Assembly: GCA_964019335.1 (NCBI GenBank)
Contig: OZ025721.1
Location: forward strand, 124,001-188,000
Source of the DNA: Diplonema japonicum
Taxonomy: Eukaryota; Protista; Euglenozoa: Diplonemea
Direction: 5' to 3'
Length of the DNA stretch: 64,000 bases
This document shows positions 40,335-51,840 of this stretch, piece by piece; positions within the stretch are counted from its first letter, which is position 1; every line of letters begins with the position of its first letter. A program made the translations under genes and the position numbers. The notes under the pieces were generated by a model. That model was not told where the DNA came from. It saw only the letters and a list, made by a program, of their open reading frames with translations, and made no database searches.

Positions 40335-41669
40335 ATGGCTGTCTTACACGATGACTCTGAACCAATGGTGACGCCTCCTGCCGAGGACGGAACAGATTAT
40401 GACGGAACGGAGTTCAAGGAAGGAAAGGTGTCCTTCTGGGACCCCACGAAAGGATACGGTTTTGTAAGAGTGATGACCGACAAAAAAGAAGGCGCGAAAA
40501 GAATAAGCATAGAGGTCTACGTCCACAAATCGGTCTTGAAGGGGAGAAAACTAAACGAAGGCGAGCGGGTCAAAGTAACATGGAACGACGAACAACACCG
40601 AAGCGGAAGAGTCGTCGCATCGGCAATCGAAGGCTTCGGAGTTCAAGAACAAGCTTCAAAAACAGGATGGGTCAGCGCATGGGACTGCTCAAAAGGGTAC
40701 GGCTTCATCAGATCTGAACAAGGCAGCGACATATTCGTCCACGTGAAGGATATTGGTGAGAACTACATGCTAAAAATCGGTGCGAAGGTATATTACGACA
40801 CCATCGACAAAGGACACGAACGAGGCCTAGACGCTGTTCACATAACAGGCCCCGCTGTGGTCCTGAAGACAGACTCTCTTCGTTGTTTCTTCTACGACAT
40901 TGGAATCGAAATGGACGACGATTTGTACAGAACTCTGAAAACAGAAAACATCGCCACAACAGACGATCTCTTGCGGTGTACCCACAGGGACCTCATGGAC
41001 TTGGGTTTTGGCAATGATGCCGCAATTCGAATATTGGACACATCGCATCAGCTCCGAAACTTCCCTCCACCCAAACCCGAACCGAGACGTACAAACGATT
41101 TAAAAGACGGTGAGATTCGATGCAGGGTTGTTACATACAAACCAACTCAAGGTTGGGGCATGGTTTCTACGAGAGATTTGAAAAAGATTTACGTCCCCCG
41201 CGAAGCATTGAAAGGCGGTTCCCTCACACACGGCGAAATGGTCATCGTGAAGCCCAAAGAATCCGAAACCGAACACGTCTCTGGAAGACCCACCGCAGAA
41301 ACTGTTCGTGGATATGGATACGTTCCTATTGGTAAGCTTACAGGCGATGTTTCAAAATGGAACCCGGTCGGGTTGTACGGATTCATAAAGGAACACCACA
41401 CCGAGGAGGAATCCTTTGTGTCCTTTGTCGCGACCCCAGAGCTCGCTCTGCGTATTGGTACCGCTGTAACCTACGATCGTGTGGATAAGGGTGGTGCGAA
41501 AACTACTGCAGAAAATATAGGCGGGGAAGGTCTTTGCCTTGCTTCCGACTTGACAAACGAAACACTCGGAGGGGCGTATGGTGACTTCTTCCGCAACACA
41601 CAGCTGAACAGATGGGGGGGAATGCCCTTCGTGGAGGGCAGAGGCGGGGGGAAAGGAAGGCCCTACTAA
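40335..41669 (+). CDS. Protein with four cold-shock domains and a central SAM-like segment
   Basis: KGYGFV..VYVH, KGYGFI..IFVH, QGWGMV..IYV, LYGFI..SFV; DLLRCTHRDLMDLGF. Confidence 0.88.
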   Translation: MAVLHDDSEPMVTPPAEDGTDYDGTEFKEGKVSFWDPTKGYGFVRVMTDKKEGAKRISIEVYVHKSVLKGRKLNEGERVKVTWNDEQHRSGRVVASAIEGFGVQEQASKTGWVSAWDCSKGYGFIRSEQGSDIFVHVKDIGENYMLKIGAKVYYDTIDKGHERGLDAVHITGPAVVLKTDSLRCFFYDIGIEMDDDLYRTLKTENIATTDDLLRCTHRDLMDLGFGNDAAIRILDTSHQLRNFPPPKPEPRRTNDLKDGEIRCRVVTYKPTQGWGMVSTRDLKKIYVPREALKGGSLTHGEMVIVKPKESETEHVSGRPTAETVRGYGYVPIGKLTGDVSKWNPVGLYGFIKEHHTEEESFVSFVATPELALRIGTAVTYDRVDKGGAKTTAENIGGEGLCLASDLTNETLGGAYGDFFRNTQLNRWGGMPFVEGRGGGKGRPY

Positions 41670-41760
41670 AGGAGGGGGGGAAGAAATTTTAATTCTTTGA
41701 AAGTGTTTCTTTAAGTGAACCTTTTTTTTTTTTTTCTTTGTGGGGTTTTTTCTTTTTTAG

Positions 41761-42079
41761 GGTGGTGGGGATAACATGGAAATATAAGAAGTACATCAGA
41801 TGTGTTGTTCGCTGTTGACCTCCACGTCGGTCATCACCGGTAGCGCCCGAGTGGAATAACGTAACGCAGATGCTCAGGGTGACGAACAGGCAGCAAACTG
41901 CACGAGCGCAGAATCTTGGTTACCCGGGACCCCGGCTAGGGTTGAGCACACCGCACGCATTAGGGCACGACGCGGAACGCAGAAGAAGCTACTGCTCGGC
42001 CGAGGAGCGCCCCCTGTAATCAAGCTCATCATGCTTCATTGCACGCTTAACGCCACCTAGTGTTGCAATCAAAGCCCCA
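41761..42079 (+). mobile_element. HDV-ribozyme-headed short element, copy 2 (ribozyme 41761-41894)
   Basis: All helices retained; L3 variant TCCACGTC. Confidence 0.85.
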
Positions 42080-42114
42080 TTTTTTTTTTTTTTGTGGGGT
42101 TTCTTCTTTTTTAG

Positions 42115-42380
42115 GGTGGTGGGGATAACATGGAAATATAAGAAGTACATCAGATGTGTTGTTCGCTGTTGACCTCCACGTCGGTCATCACCAGTAGCGC
42201 CCGAGTGGGAGAACGTAACGCAGATGCTCAGGGTGACGAACAGGCAGCAAACTGCACGAGCGCAGAATCTTGGTTACCCGGGACGCCCCGGCTAGGGTTG
42301 AGCACACCGCACGCATTAAGGACACGACGCGGAACGCAGAAGAAGCTGAGCGCCCCCTCCTAGTGTTGCAATCAAAGCCC
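42115..42380 (+). mobile_element. HDV-ribozyme-headed short element, copy 3 (tandem, 3' deletions)
   Basis: 354-bp period from copy 2; P1.1 GG changed to AG. Confidence 0.8.
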
Positions 42381-42586
42381 TATTTTTTCTTTTTTCTTTT
42401 TTCTTTTTAATTCTACTTTTTTTTTTTTTTTTTTAACGTCTCTTTTTTTTTTTTTTTTTCCTCTCCTTTAAAAAAAGAAAAAGTGTCTACACCTCCCCCT
42501 TTTTTGTTTCCATTGTCTCAATTGCACAAAACGTGGTTTCGCTCTTCTTCATAATATCCACAAAGGAGGGGGGGAGGGGGGGGGAG

Positions 42587-43067
42587 ATGAATGAACATGA
42601 CAAGGAAATAGAAGGCAAGGATGCGGGGCTGTCAAAGCAAAAAGCAAAAGCCCGTATGAAAGAGACTCCCAAGCTGCATGTTGGGGACAGGGTAGTGGCC
42701 TTGCGAAGGATCGATTTCGAGAATGCGGAAGATGTCCTGAAAGGGGACAAGGGAGAGATCACAAAAATAGCAGGCGACGGCACCGTAGAGGTCATAATGC
42801 TCACCGGCACCGTCCTGGACGCGTACCTGGGGAGAGACATGTGCCTCGACGTTGAGGACGATCGCAGAATTCCGCGTAAGGATGATGACATTGATCTGAA
42901 CGAATTTTGGTCGAACCTTGAGACGAAGGGCAACCCAGCTACCCCGTACACAAGCTTCCCCCACAGAACAGAAGACGAAATGCTCAGCAGGTCCGCAGAG
43001 CTGTATGAGCTCTTGTCATCTCGGAGATCGTGCAGGTCCTTTTCTTCTGAGAAGGTATGGACGAAGG

Positions 43068-43099
<32 letters not shown>

Positions 43100-43286
43100 A
43101 GTTCCCAATCGATGTTCTTAAAAACTGCATCAAAGCAGCAGGAACGGCTCCGAGCGGTGCGAATCTACAGCCGTGGACATTTGTGATTGTTCAGGTTTGG
43201 GAAGAAGAATAATAAAAAAAAAAGCTAAAAAGTTTCTTCCCCCTAGTTTCGCACGGGTGGGTCCCATTGTTATTTGCAAAAAAAAA

Positions 43287-43318
<32 letters not shown>

Positions 43319-43817
43319 AAAAAAAAAAAACAAACAAACAACACAGGACCGGGATGTCCGCAAGAGCCTGCGAGAACTGGTTGAAAAGCACGAGGAAGAA
43401 AACTATAAGCATAGGCTCAAGGAGGTCTGGCGCAACGACATCAAGGCAGTGGACCCGCAAGCCTCGCAGATGCAGGGGCGGCCATGGCAGAAGCCTTATA
43501 TTGAGCAGTCGGCATACGTAGTTTGTGTCTTCAAGCAGGTCTACAGAATCGCAGAAGGGGGTGGCCGGTTGCCTGTTTACTACCCGGAGCAAAGCGTGGG
43601 GATAAGCATCGGCCTCTTCCTCTCTGCCTGCCACAATGCCGGGTTGGCAGCTCTCGCCTCATACCCCATGGGTGCTGAGCCTGAAATCCGCGATCTTTTA
43701 GAAAGACCTCCAAACGAAAAATTGTGCCTGTTGGTCCCTGTCGGCCTCCCTGCCGTGGGGTGCACCATCCTCGACAACCCTAGGAAACCTATCGAGAAGA
43801 TATCGGTTGTGATTTAA
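42587..43817 (+). CDS. Iodotyrosine deiodinase-like flavoprotein (nitroreductase fold); exons 42587-43054, 43102-43194, 43347-43817
   Basis: RRSCRSFS, AGTAPSGANLQPWTFV, EEENY, KPYI, YYPEQSVGI, NAGL, RPPNEK..PVG; GT-AG phase-0 introns restore the frame. Confidence 0.85.
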
Positions 43818-43960
43818 CTTTTCTTTTCTTCTTTTTTTTTTTTTTTTTCCTTTAAAAATGTGTTGTTTGCAGTTGACCCCGACAAACTGCAGGGAGGTCG
43901 AGGTGCGCCCCTTGTGGCGCCACCAACACTGGCTTCCTTTATCTCTTATATTCATATCTA

Positions 43961-43992
<32 letters not shown>

Positions 43993-44061
43993 TGTTGTAT
44001 TGCCTATCTTCCCCCTCCCCCCCTTTTTTTTCTCGAGTGTATGATTTTTTTTTTTTTATTA

Positions 44062-44638
44062 TTTTATTTAATTCCGAGCAGCTCTCTCAAAGAATTTAGG
44101 CCGGAAGATATAAATAAAGTATCTGATTTTTTTTCCTCATGTTTTTAAGCCAAACGTTGCTGATTTTGCTGGGCGTGAAAATCAGTACTTTATTTCACGC
44201 CCACAGTCATTTCTAGCAAAATGGGAAGAAAACCGAAGGCGACCGGGAAGCGAGCCAAGGGCATCAGCCTCGAGTGACTGTGATGGAAGACACGCTTCCA
44301 ACGGCAAGCAAAATAGCCTACAAGAAGGAGTGGGAGAGGTTTTGCACCTACCACTCGATCAAACCCACGCCCCTTCAGCCCTGCCCCCTTCGACACAGCC
44401 CACTTTCTTCAGCAGTGCACAGAATCACGTTTGACATAAACGTCAACATCATTTCGCCGAATTGATCATACCAAACCCAGTACCGTGTTCAGTAAAGACT
44501 CGCGCATTGCGCCGCTACAAGCAGGCAGCAGCGAAGCCACACTTAGCACCTAAATTCTTTTCGAGAGCAGCTCATCATTAAATAAAATGCAGTATTGAAT
44601 AAAATCAGGCTATCTGATTTTCATTTAATAAATAGCTA
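44062..44638 (+). mobile_element. Internally deleted Crypton-like element, second family
   Basis: Imperfect 39-bp IR (44062-44100, 44549-44587), terminal hairpin, AATAAA-TAGCTA-Tn end; AYKKEWERF recombinase N-terminal remnant. Confidence 0.6.
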
Positions 44639-46352
44639 TTTTTTTTTATTTTTTTTTTTCCTGTATAAAACAATAGTTACGTTCATTGTCAGTGCTGGAA
44701 GAAACTTTTTTTGCTCAGTTGATTTTTTTTTTTAAATATATATAAACATAATTTTGAAACCCCCCCCCCCCCCCCCTTGTTTTCTTTTCCTCTTCTCCTC
44801 GAGCCAAACCGCCCCCTACCTAGCACGACTCCAAGCAATGTTTCTCGCCCAGATGCCGTCCGTTATGGCGACAAACAGCCACCGCAGGCACCAGACAGCA
44901 ACCGCAGAACGGTGACCGATTGGGGTGAATTTCTTCCCGAACAATGAGCACTCCCATGCACACTGAAATTTTATAGTTTTCCTCCTGTACTAATATTGGT
45001 CCCCCCCCCCCCCCCCCCCCTGCCTATTGCTGTCTGTAGTCAACTATCTAGCCTGCTACTGTCCCCCCTCTCTTGTTTCTTCTTTCACAGAAGTGAAGGA
45101 GCTCCTGAAAGGAATTTAAAAGGGCTGCTCCTTTGGAGAGATTGAAAAGGGGTTTCACTCAAAAAAAAAAAAAAAATAGTTGGCAAGGTTATTGACACCC
45201 CATGGTGGCTAGGCAATGTTTTTTTTTTTTCTTCTTTCTTTCTTTTTTTTTTCCCGATGCAGCACAGGAAAAAAAGGGGGGGGGGAGAAAAATGTGTAAA
45301 AAAAAAGGAAGGGAAGTGTTGAGAAGGGGGGAAAGGCAAAAAAAAAGTGTGTAAAATGATGTTTCTTGTTTCTTGGGGGGGGGGGGGTACCTGCTTTTGA
45401 TTGATCTATCAGAAGAAGGAGAAAAAAAAAAGAAAAAAAGAAAAAGGACTGCAGGAGGGGTTTTTGTTTTCTTTCTTTTTTGTTCAAACCGGCGTCCGTG
45501 GGAGAGAGAAAAAAAAAAAGCTGTCAGCTCCTCTATTTTTTATTGACCTTTTTTTTTCTTCTTTTTTTTTTCTTCTTCTTAACTGTTAATCTCACGATAG
45601 ACACGCTGCTCCCTCTATTCTTTTCTCTGAGGTAACCCATTAATATTTATCTCAGAGTTTACACTAGGAATTTGGAGCGAGAGAGCCTTCTTTTTTTTTT
45701 TTTTTTTTTTCTTAGCAGAGCAAATCACCATTCCGTACCCCTCCTCTCCCACAGCACCCCCTTTATATTTCTTTTCTTTCTAAACAGACTGGACTACATA
45801 ACTATACAAAAAAAAAAAAAAAAAGAAAGGGGGGAGGGGAGGACAATTGACTTAATACCCAAGAAAGAAAATGCCGAAATTCTAAAATTTTCGACTTTTT
45901 TTTCCTTGGGGTGGGAAGTGAATTTCAGCACTTTTTTTTGTGGGTACTATGTAAATTATCCCTACATTTTTTTTTTTTTCTTTTGCACGAATTTTGAAAA
46001 AAAAAAAAGAAAAAAGGTTCTTCCCCCCCCTCCTCCTCATCCCCCCCCCTTTTTTTTCCCTCTTGCGAAAAACAGAACCAAGAATAAATAACAACCTCTC
46101 AATTAAAAAGAAAAACAAGGGAGGGAAGGGGAGGGGGGGAGGGTGCGTGGTACATATAATAATAATAAAAAAACTTGCTGAGCCCATCGGGAAGGAACAA
46201 CAGGACAGTGTTCCCCCCCCCCCCCCCTTTTTGTTGTTCAAAAAAATTCCTATCGCCTTCCTTTCCCCCTCTTTTTTTTTTCCCTCGACATTTTCATTTT
46301 GGGGGGAAAAAAAAAATAAATAAAAGGACCAAAAGACCAAAAAAAAAAAAAA

Positions 46353-47480
46353 ATGGAACTCCATGAACACTTACAAGACATCATTACACCAGACAGCAAC
46401 GAAGCAGAAGGGTTTTGCGAGAAGGGTGTGCTGTTTAGCAATCAAGGCGAGTATGAAGCGGCATTGAAAAATTTTGACCTGGGTGTGAGGGCTGCAAGAG
46501 GAAACCCAGTCCTTCGCGTAAACCGGGCAGGGACGTATCTAAGCCTGGGAAAGTTTGAAGAAGCCGTTCAGGAAGCAGAATTGGGTTGCCAGCTTGCGCC
46601 AACCTGGTACAAAGCTTTCTTAATCAAAGGAAAAGCTCACATCCGCCTTAAACAGCATTCTCAGGCAGTTCTCTCTTTGAGCAAAGCGGCATCATTATGC
46701 CCTGATGACGATTCCATCCAGCACCTCCTCAGTCAAGCCAAAATGGTAACGCATAACAAGATTGGCTCCGTGTCCGTGTCACCTAGAGTGGTATCTCCTG
46801 CATACGTTTACAGGGAAAATATCAGTCCTGATGTTTCAAGTTTAGGTCTTCACGAGAAATATCGGATCATACTTCCACCGCAATCTGACAATAAACAATC
46901 TGTCAAAGAGGTTGCAATGAAATTCGTTCTGTTGGTGCTGTTCATGGGTCTTGGGTTGGTAAGCGATGTTGTCGTTTTAAGTAAATCATGGGTTGGTGCG
47001 TCAATGGGTGTGTTGACGTTGGCCTGTCGGGGAAAGAAATGGGGCCGAACAGGGGTTTTGATGTTTCTTGGTTATGGTGGGTTCCTTGCCTTGAGAAAAA
47101 AAGCCGCTGCGAAAATCATCCATTCTGCTGTGAGATTCCTCCTCTTGAGGAAAGCCGCTGAAGACGGAAACTTGCACTACAGCATCGTCCTTCCCATCCA
47201 CACCATCGGCTGTGTTGTTTCTGCCTTTCAGAAAGATCTCTTCGCAACCTCTGTTCTCTTCTTTTCTCTGGTCTATCTATGTACTACCCTGCCCACCCGT
47301 CTTCCTCTTCTTAGCCCTCTTAAGCTGTCTCTTCGGGACTGGGTGTGGCTCCTCTTCATCTCCGTCTTGCTTGCTGCTTTATACAGCAGGTATACCACTC
47401 AGGACTTCCAAGTTTGCTCTTGTCAGATGGTTCCCGACTTTAAAAGAAAACACCCAAGTTGGTGGGTGTTGGTTAGTTAG
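46353..47480 (+). CDS. TPR protein with C-terminal transmembrane segments
   Basis: Three TPR-like repeats (KGVLFSNQGEYEAA, NRAGTYLSLGKFEEA, KAFLIKGKAH); hydrophobic C-terminal half. Confidence 0.82.
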   Translation: MELHEHLQDIITPDSNEAEGFCEKGVLFSNQGEYEAALKNFDLGVRAARGNPVLRVNRAGTYLSLGKFEEAVQEAELGCQLAPTWYKAFLIKGKAHIRLKQHSQAVLSLSKAASLCPDDDSIQHLLSQAKMVTHNKIGSVSVSPRVVSPAYVYRENISPDVSSLGLHEKYRIILPPQSDNKQSVKEVAMKFVLLVLFMGLGLVSDVVVLSKSWVGASMGVLTLACRGKKWGRTGVLMFLGYGGFLALRKKAAAKIIHSAVRFLLLRKAAEDGNLHYSIVLPIHTIGCVVSAFQKDLFATSVLFFSLVYLCTTLPTRLPLLSPLKLSLRDWVWLLFISVLLAALYSRYTTQDFQVCSCQMVPDFKRKHPSWWVLVS

Positions 47481-47633
47481 AGCAAGGGATGGAGTGGGTT
47501 GTTTTTCTTTTTCTTTTTCTCGCGTTCTTTTTTTTAAAGTCGAGAGTACTGCTCGTGCGCACAAACATATGAATGCGCCAAACTAGTTTTCTTTTTTTTT
47601 TTCCCCCTTTTTTTCTTTTTCTTTGTATCTTTT

Positions 47634-47666
<33 letters not shown>

Positions 47667-47796
47667 AAGTTCTGGTCGCATCTTTTCTTTTCTGTTGCGA
47701 CCCTTTTCCCCCCCCTTTTTTTTTTGTATTCCATATGTTGTTGAAAAAAGTGAAACAAGAAAAAGAAAAAAAAAAAACGTTTTCTTTTTTGATTAA

Positions 47797-48040
47797 TTAT
47801 TGAGCTTGCATTTCTGTACCTTTGGGGGTCCACCTCGTCAGCTGAAGGGGGTCGGGGGTGCGTAACTCGTATCATGTGGGACTGGAAGGGAACAGGGTGC
47901 TGCTCATAGCCCCCGTCACTCAGTCGCCAGCTGTGTTGTCCGGTCGCCCTGATTCTGAAGGGATTCTTCTCTTATTTACTACCAGCTTTACGTATGACAT
48001 CGTCCGTAGTCTAACACCAAAGCATTTCCCAAATCAGGTT
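47797..48040 (-). repeat. Probable retroposon 3' end with (AAT)n tail
   Basis: GAGCTTGCATTTC.GTACCT.TGGGGG..CCACCTCGTC shared with 51850-51888; distal boundary uncertain. Confidence 0.5.
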
Positions 48041-48078
48041 TCTTACAACAACAAAAAAGAGAGAAAAAAAAAATAATA

Positions 48079-50439
48079 ATGTCGCGCGCACTCTTGTGCG
48101 TGCTGTCTCTCGGGACGGCAGCTGCTCTTCATACATGTCCCCTCAACTTCGTGGGGGACGTGAAGCAGTTCGTGGTGGAGCAGGAGAACGGGAAGAACCG
48201 CAGGACGGTCCCTGCTGTGGAGAGGGCGATGACAGCGAAGGAGTTCTACGACTTCAACTCTTGGAGCAGCCACACCGGGTTTGAGAAGGCTGGTGTCTCG
48301 AACATGTTCCTGTACAGGGATCTGAACCACCCCGACCACCTGTCCTTCTTCTGGACCAGCGGGATCGACCACCCCCACGGCAACCAGCCCACCGCTTCTG
48401 TCGACGGTCTCATCAGCGGCATCCCCGATGGGGTCACCATTGCTGAAATGGACGACAGGTCTGCTGAGTTTGACTGGACCACCAGCAGCACAATGGGTGT
48501 CATCGACCACAAGCAGATCGCCTCTGGAACCAGGAACATCGGTTGCCGTTGGAGGTTCGCCGAGAACACCGACGGCGGTGCCATCGAAGGGCTTCCCGCG
48601 AACCTGAACTGGGAGATGAAGATGACCACGAAGTTCCACTTCGGGATCGACACCTGGTCCTTCCACTTCGGCGACGGGTCCACCGCACAGGACATGGACC
48701 CCTCCGAGCCTGTGTACCTTCGCCCTGTGGTGACGACTGTGGACACCGGTGTTGCCCCCTACCCCGGGACGGCAGGGAAGGAGACCTTCTGCACCCTTGT
48801 GAAGTCGGACAACGATGGGGAGCAGCTGACCTACACCTTCAGTTGGGGCGACGATACCCCCGACACCGTTGTGACGAAGACGGAAGGAAACCTTGCCTGT
48901 GCCGAGCACGACTTCTGCGGTCCCGTGTCGGCGACCTGTGGTGGGACGGCACCCCGCAAGGTGCGTGTGTTTGCGAAGGGGTCCGGTTGCAGCGCCGTCC
49001 ACAAGATCCTTGCGGATGAGGAGATCGGGACCTGCCCGCCGCTCAACTTCGTGGGGGACGTGAAGCAGTTCGTGGTGGAGCAGGAGAACGGGAAGAACCG
49101 CAGGACGGTCCCTGCTGTGGAGGGGACGATGACAGCGAAGGAGTTCTACGACTTCAACTCTTGGAGCAGCCACACCGGGTTTGAGAAGGCTGGTGTCTCG
49201 AACATGTTCCTGTACAGGGACCTCACGAACCCCGACCACCTGTCCTTCTTCTGGATCCACGGTATCGACCACCCCGAGGGGAACCAGCCTGAGTCCGACG
49301 TCGACGCCCTCATCACCGGGATCCCGAGTGGTGTCACCATTGCGCAGAGCGACGACAGGACGGCCGAGTGGGACTGGACCAGCAGCAACAAGCTCGGGGA
49401 CATCACCCACAACGGCGGGAACATCGGCGGGCACTGGTGGTTCAACCAGAACACAGACGGCGGTGCTCTTGACGGCTTCCCCACGAACCTGAACTGGGAG
49501 ATGAAGATCCAAGCGAACTTCATCAGGGGGATCGACACCTGGTCCTTCCACTTCGGCGACGGGTCCCTGCAGCAGGACATGAACATGAGCGAGCCTGTGT
49601 ACCTTCGCCCTGTGGTGACCTCTGTGGATCTTGGTGTGGCCCCTTACCCTCAGGTGGCTGGTGCCGAGACCTTCTGCACCCTCGTGGAGTCCATCACACA
49701 GGAGCAGCTGACCTACACCTTCAAGTGGGGCGACGAGACCCCCGACACCGTTGTGACTGGACCTGCTGGCCATGTTACCTGTGCCTCGCACGACTTCTGC
49801 GGTCCCGTGTCGGCGACCTGTGGTGGGACTGCACCCCGCAAGGTGCGTGTGTTCGCGAAGAAGACGGGCTGCATGGAGATGGACAGGATCCTTGCTGACG
49901 AGAAGGTGCGCGATGTGACCTGCGGCTACCACGAGGGTGTGAAGGTGAGCATTGAGGGAGCCACCGTTGCGGGCAATGATGTGAACGGTAAGAAGAAGTT
50001 CAGCAACAGCGAGGCGGTGCTGACGAAGATCCCTAAGAACATGAGGGGGATGCAGGTACACACCCCTGCTGCCATTCCCAAGGACACGACCATCACCCTC
50101 AGCTGCTGCGGGACTGAGGTCTGCGAGTTCATCCTGTCGCACTACCACTGCCCTCCGTGCTCGGGGAAGGTGAACGGTGGCTTCCCCGCGCTGCTCCCAC
50201 GATTGTCTGGGTTCGAGTCGGCCCCCTGCGCCCCCAAGTGGGGGTTGGCAGAGCAGAAGATGGTGTCGTACAGGGTTCAGGTGGATGCGGGGGCCTCTCT
50301 GGTCCTTCCCGAGACCACCGTGGAGGCCACGTCCTTCGTCATCTTCAGCAAGGTTGGTAAGCTGGCGGACGCGTGGTGCCAGAAACCTAAGAAGTTTGGG
50401 TGTGACGGTCCTTGTCCTCCTTCTAAGTGCACGTGTTAG
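48079..50439 (+). CDS. Secreted protein with two about 300-aa tandem repeats (each ending in a PKD-like module) and a Cys-rich C-terminal domain
   Basis: Signal peptide; 900-nt repeat period; YTF(S/K)WGD; strong GC3 bias. Confidence 0.85.
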   Translation: MSRALLCVLSLGTAAALHTCPLNFVGDVKQFVVEQENGKNRRTVPAVERAMTAKEFYDFNSWSSHTGFEKAGVSNMFLYRDLNHPDHLSFFWTSGIDHPHGNQPTASVDGLISGIPDGVTIAEMDDRSAEFDWTTSSTMGVIDHKQIASGTRNIGCRWRFAENTDGGAIEGLPANLNWEMKMTTKFHFGIDTWSFHFGDGSTAQDMDPSEPVYLRPVVTTVDTGVAPYPGTAGKETFCTLVKSDNDGEQLTYTFSWGDDTPDTVVTKTEGNLACAEHDFCGPVSATCGGTAPRKVRVFAKGSGCSAVHKILADEEIGTCPPLNFVGDVKQFVVEQENGKNRRTVPAVEGTMTAKEFYDFNSWSSHTGFEKAGVSNMFLYRDLTNPDHLSFFWIHGIDHPEGNQPESDVDALITGIPSGVTIAQSDDRTAEWDWTSSNKLGDITHNGGNIGGHWWFNQNTDGGALDGFPTNLNWEMKIQANFIRGIDTWSFHFGDGSLQQDMNMSEPVYLRPVVTSVDLGVAPYPQVAGAETFCTLVESITQEQLTYTFKWGDETPDTVVTGPAGHVTCASHDFCGPVSATCGGTAPRKVRVFAKKTGCMEMDRILADEKVRDVTCGYHEGVKVSIEGATVAGNDVNGKKKFSNSEAVLTKIPKNMRGMQVHTPAAIPKDTTITLSCCGTEVCEFILSHYHCPPCSGKVNGGFPALLPRLSGFESAPCAPKWGLAEQKMVSYRVQVDAGASLVLPETTVEATSFVIFSKVGKLADAWCQKPKKFGCDGPCPPSKCTC

Positions 50440-50862
50440 GGCAGGAAAGAGAAAAAATAACCCCCCCCTCTTGTTTTCCTTTTATTTCTTTTTGTCCCTC
50501 CCCCCTTTTTTATTGTTGCTCTCTCTGTTTTTTTTTTTTTTTATTATTGTTGCTCTCTCTCGCAAGAAAGCGAAGAAGGTCTCTGGCCCACTATCAAATG
50601 CAACGTGTGTGAAGGCAGCATCTGAAGGGGTTAAGTAGAGATCAGGAACATTGGTGACAGACAAACAAGAAATAGGAGAAAAAAAAAAAAAGAAATAATA
50701 ATACTGTAAATTCTCTTTTAACCTTATCGAGAATGAAAAAAAAAAAAGAGTCTGCTTATTGTTTGTGCAAAGCCGTTTGCACCTTCAGTAGGTAAACGGG
50801 CAAGCTGCCTCTACTCTTTTTTGCAATAACAATTCTTTTCAAAGTTTGTTTTCTTGTTCCGG

Positions 50863-50905
<43 letters not shown>

Positions 50906-51189
50906 AAAAAAAAAAAAAGAAGAACAATTCGACTCCCAAACTCGTGCTTTCGGAGGTTGATTTAAGGACAAATCAATCAAAAAAAGAAAAAAACTGATCT
51001 TTTAGATTGCTAGGTGGCGCTAAGAGAATCACGGGAACCTTTCGAATTACAGGAACCTTCCTCTCTTTCTTCTTCCCTCCTTCTCGTTTCATTTTCTTTC
51101 ACTTTTTACATGCTGAACTAGGGCGTCAAAAACTCTGGGAATGAAATGAGGACCCTCCCCCAATCCCCCAAAGATATATATGAGAATTA

Positions 51190-51228
<39 letters not shown>

Positions 51229-51341
51229 ATATTTAGGGGTAGATAGGGTTCGTTCCAAAAACAGGAACCTCCTTTATCTCGTCTTTATATATTTATTCTC
51301 TCCATTTGTTTTTCCCCCCGGGATCAAAGAACACACGTGGT

Positions 51342-51382
<41 letters not shown>

Positions 51383-51840
51383 GAGTTTAAAACAGCTATA
51401 CTTTGATAATTGTCGTTGCTGCAAAGAATTTTTAATCGTGCGTTCCAACTTCTTTTTCCGCTAAGATCTTTTTTTAAAAAGAAATTTAAAAGAAATGAAA
51501 GTTGTTGCACAAAACATATCTAGTGGCTACAAAGCAGAGTGAACAGTTTGTTTTCTCCATTTTCATCCCTATCTTTCTAAATATTTTTCTCTTTTTTTTT
51601 TTTTTTTTGAAAAACAAATCTTTATTTTATCAAAAAAAAAAAAGAAGAAAAAAAAAAAAACACACACACACAGAGGCGGACCGTTGCTAACCACTTCGTT
51701 CCTATCATAGTGAATTTTATTTTTATTTTGTCTACCCTGGCAAGTGTGGTGCTTTTAAACCCCCCTGGTCCATCGGTGAACATGAAATGATTTTAATTGT
51801 TTCCCTATTTCCATCCTCTTCCCTCTTTTGTTTCGATTTT

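Noticed and set aside
45085-46350. Poly-Phe/poly-Lys ORFs
   Set aside because: Products of A/T homopolymer-rich intergenic DNA.
47808-47823. CATTTCTGTACCTTT resembling a euglenozoan spliced-leader 3' end
   Set aside because: Only a short match, no full 39-nt leader, and the second copy reads TTTCAGTACC.
48043-50148. 701-aa minus-strand ORF
   Set aside because: Antisense shadow of a GC3-biased gene; no motifs.
50560-50634. KCNVC plus AGGGG-TTAA as a piggyBac right-end relic
   Set aside because: Too short and no matching left end found.
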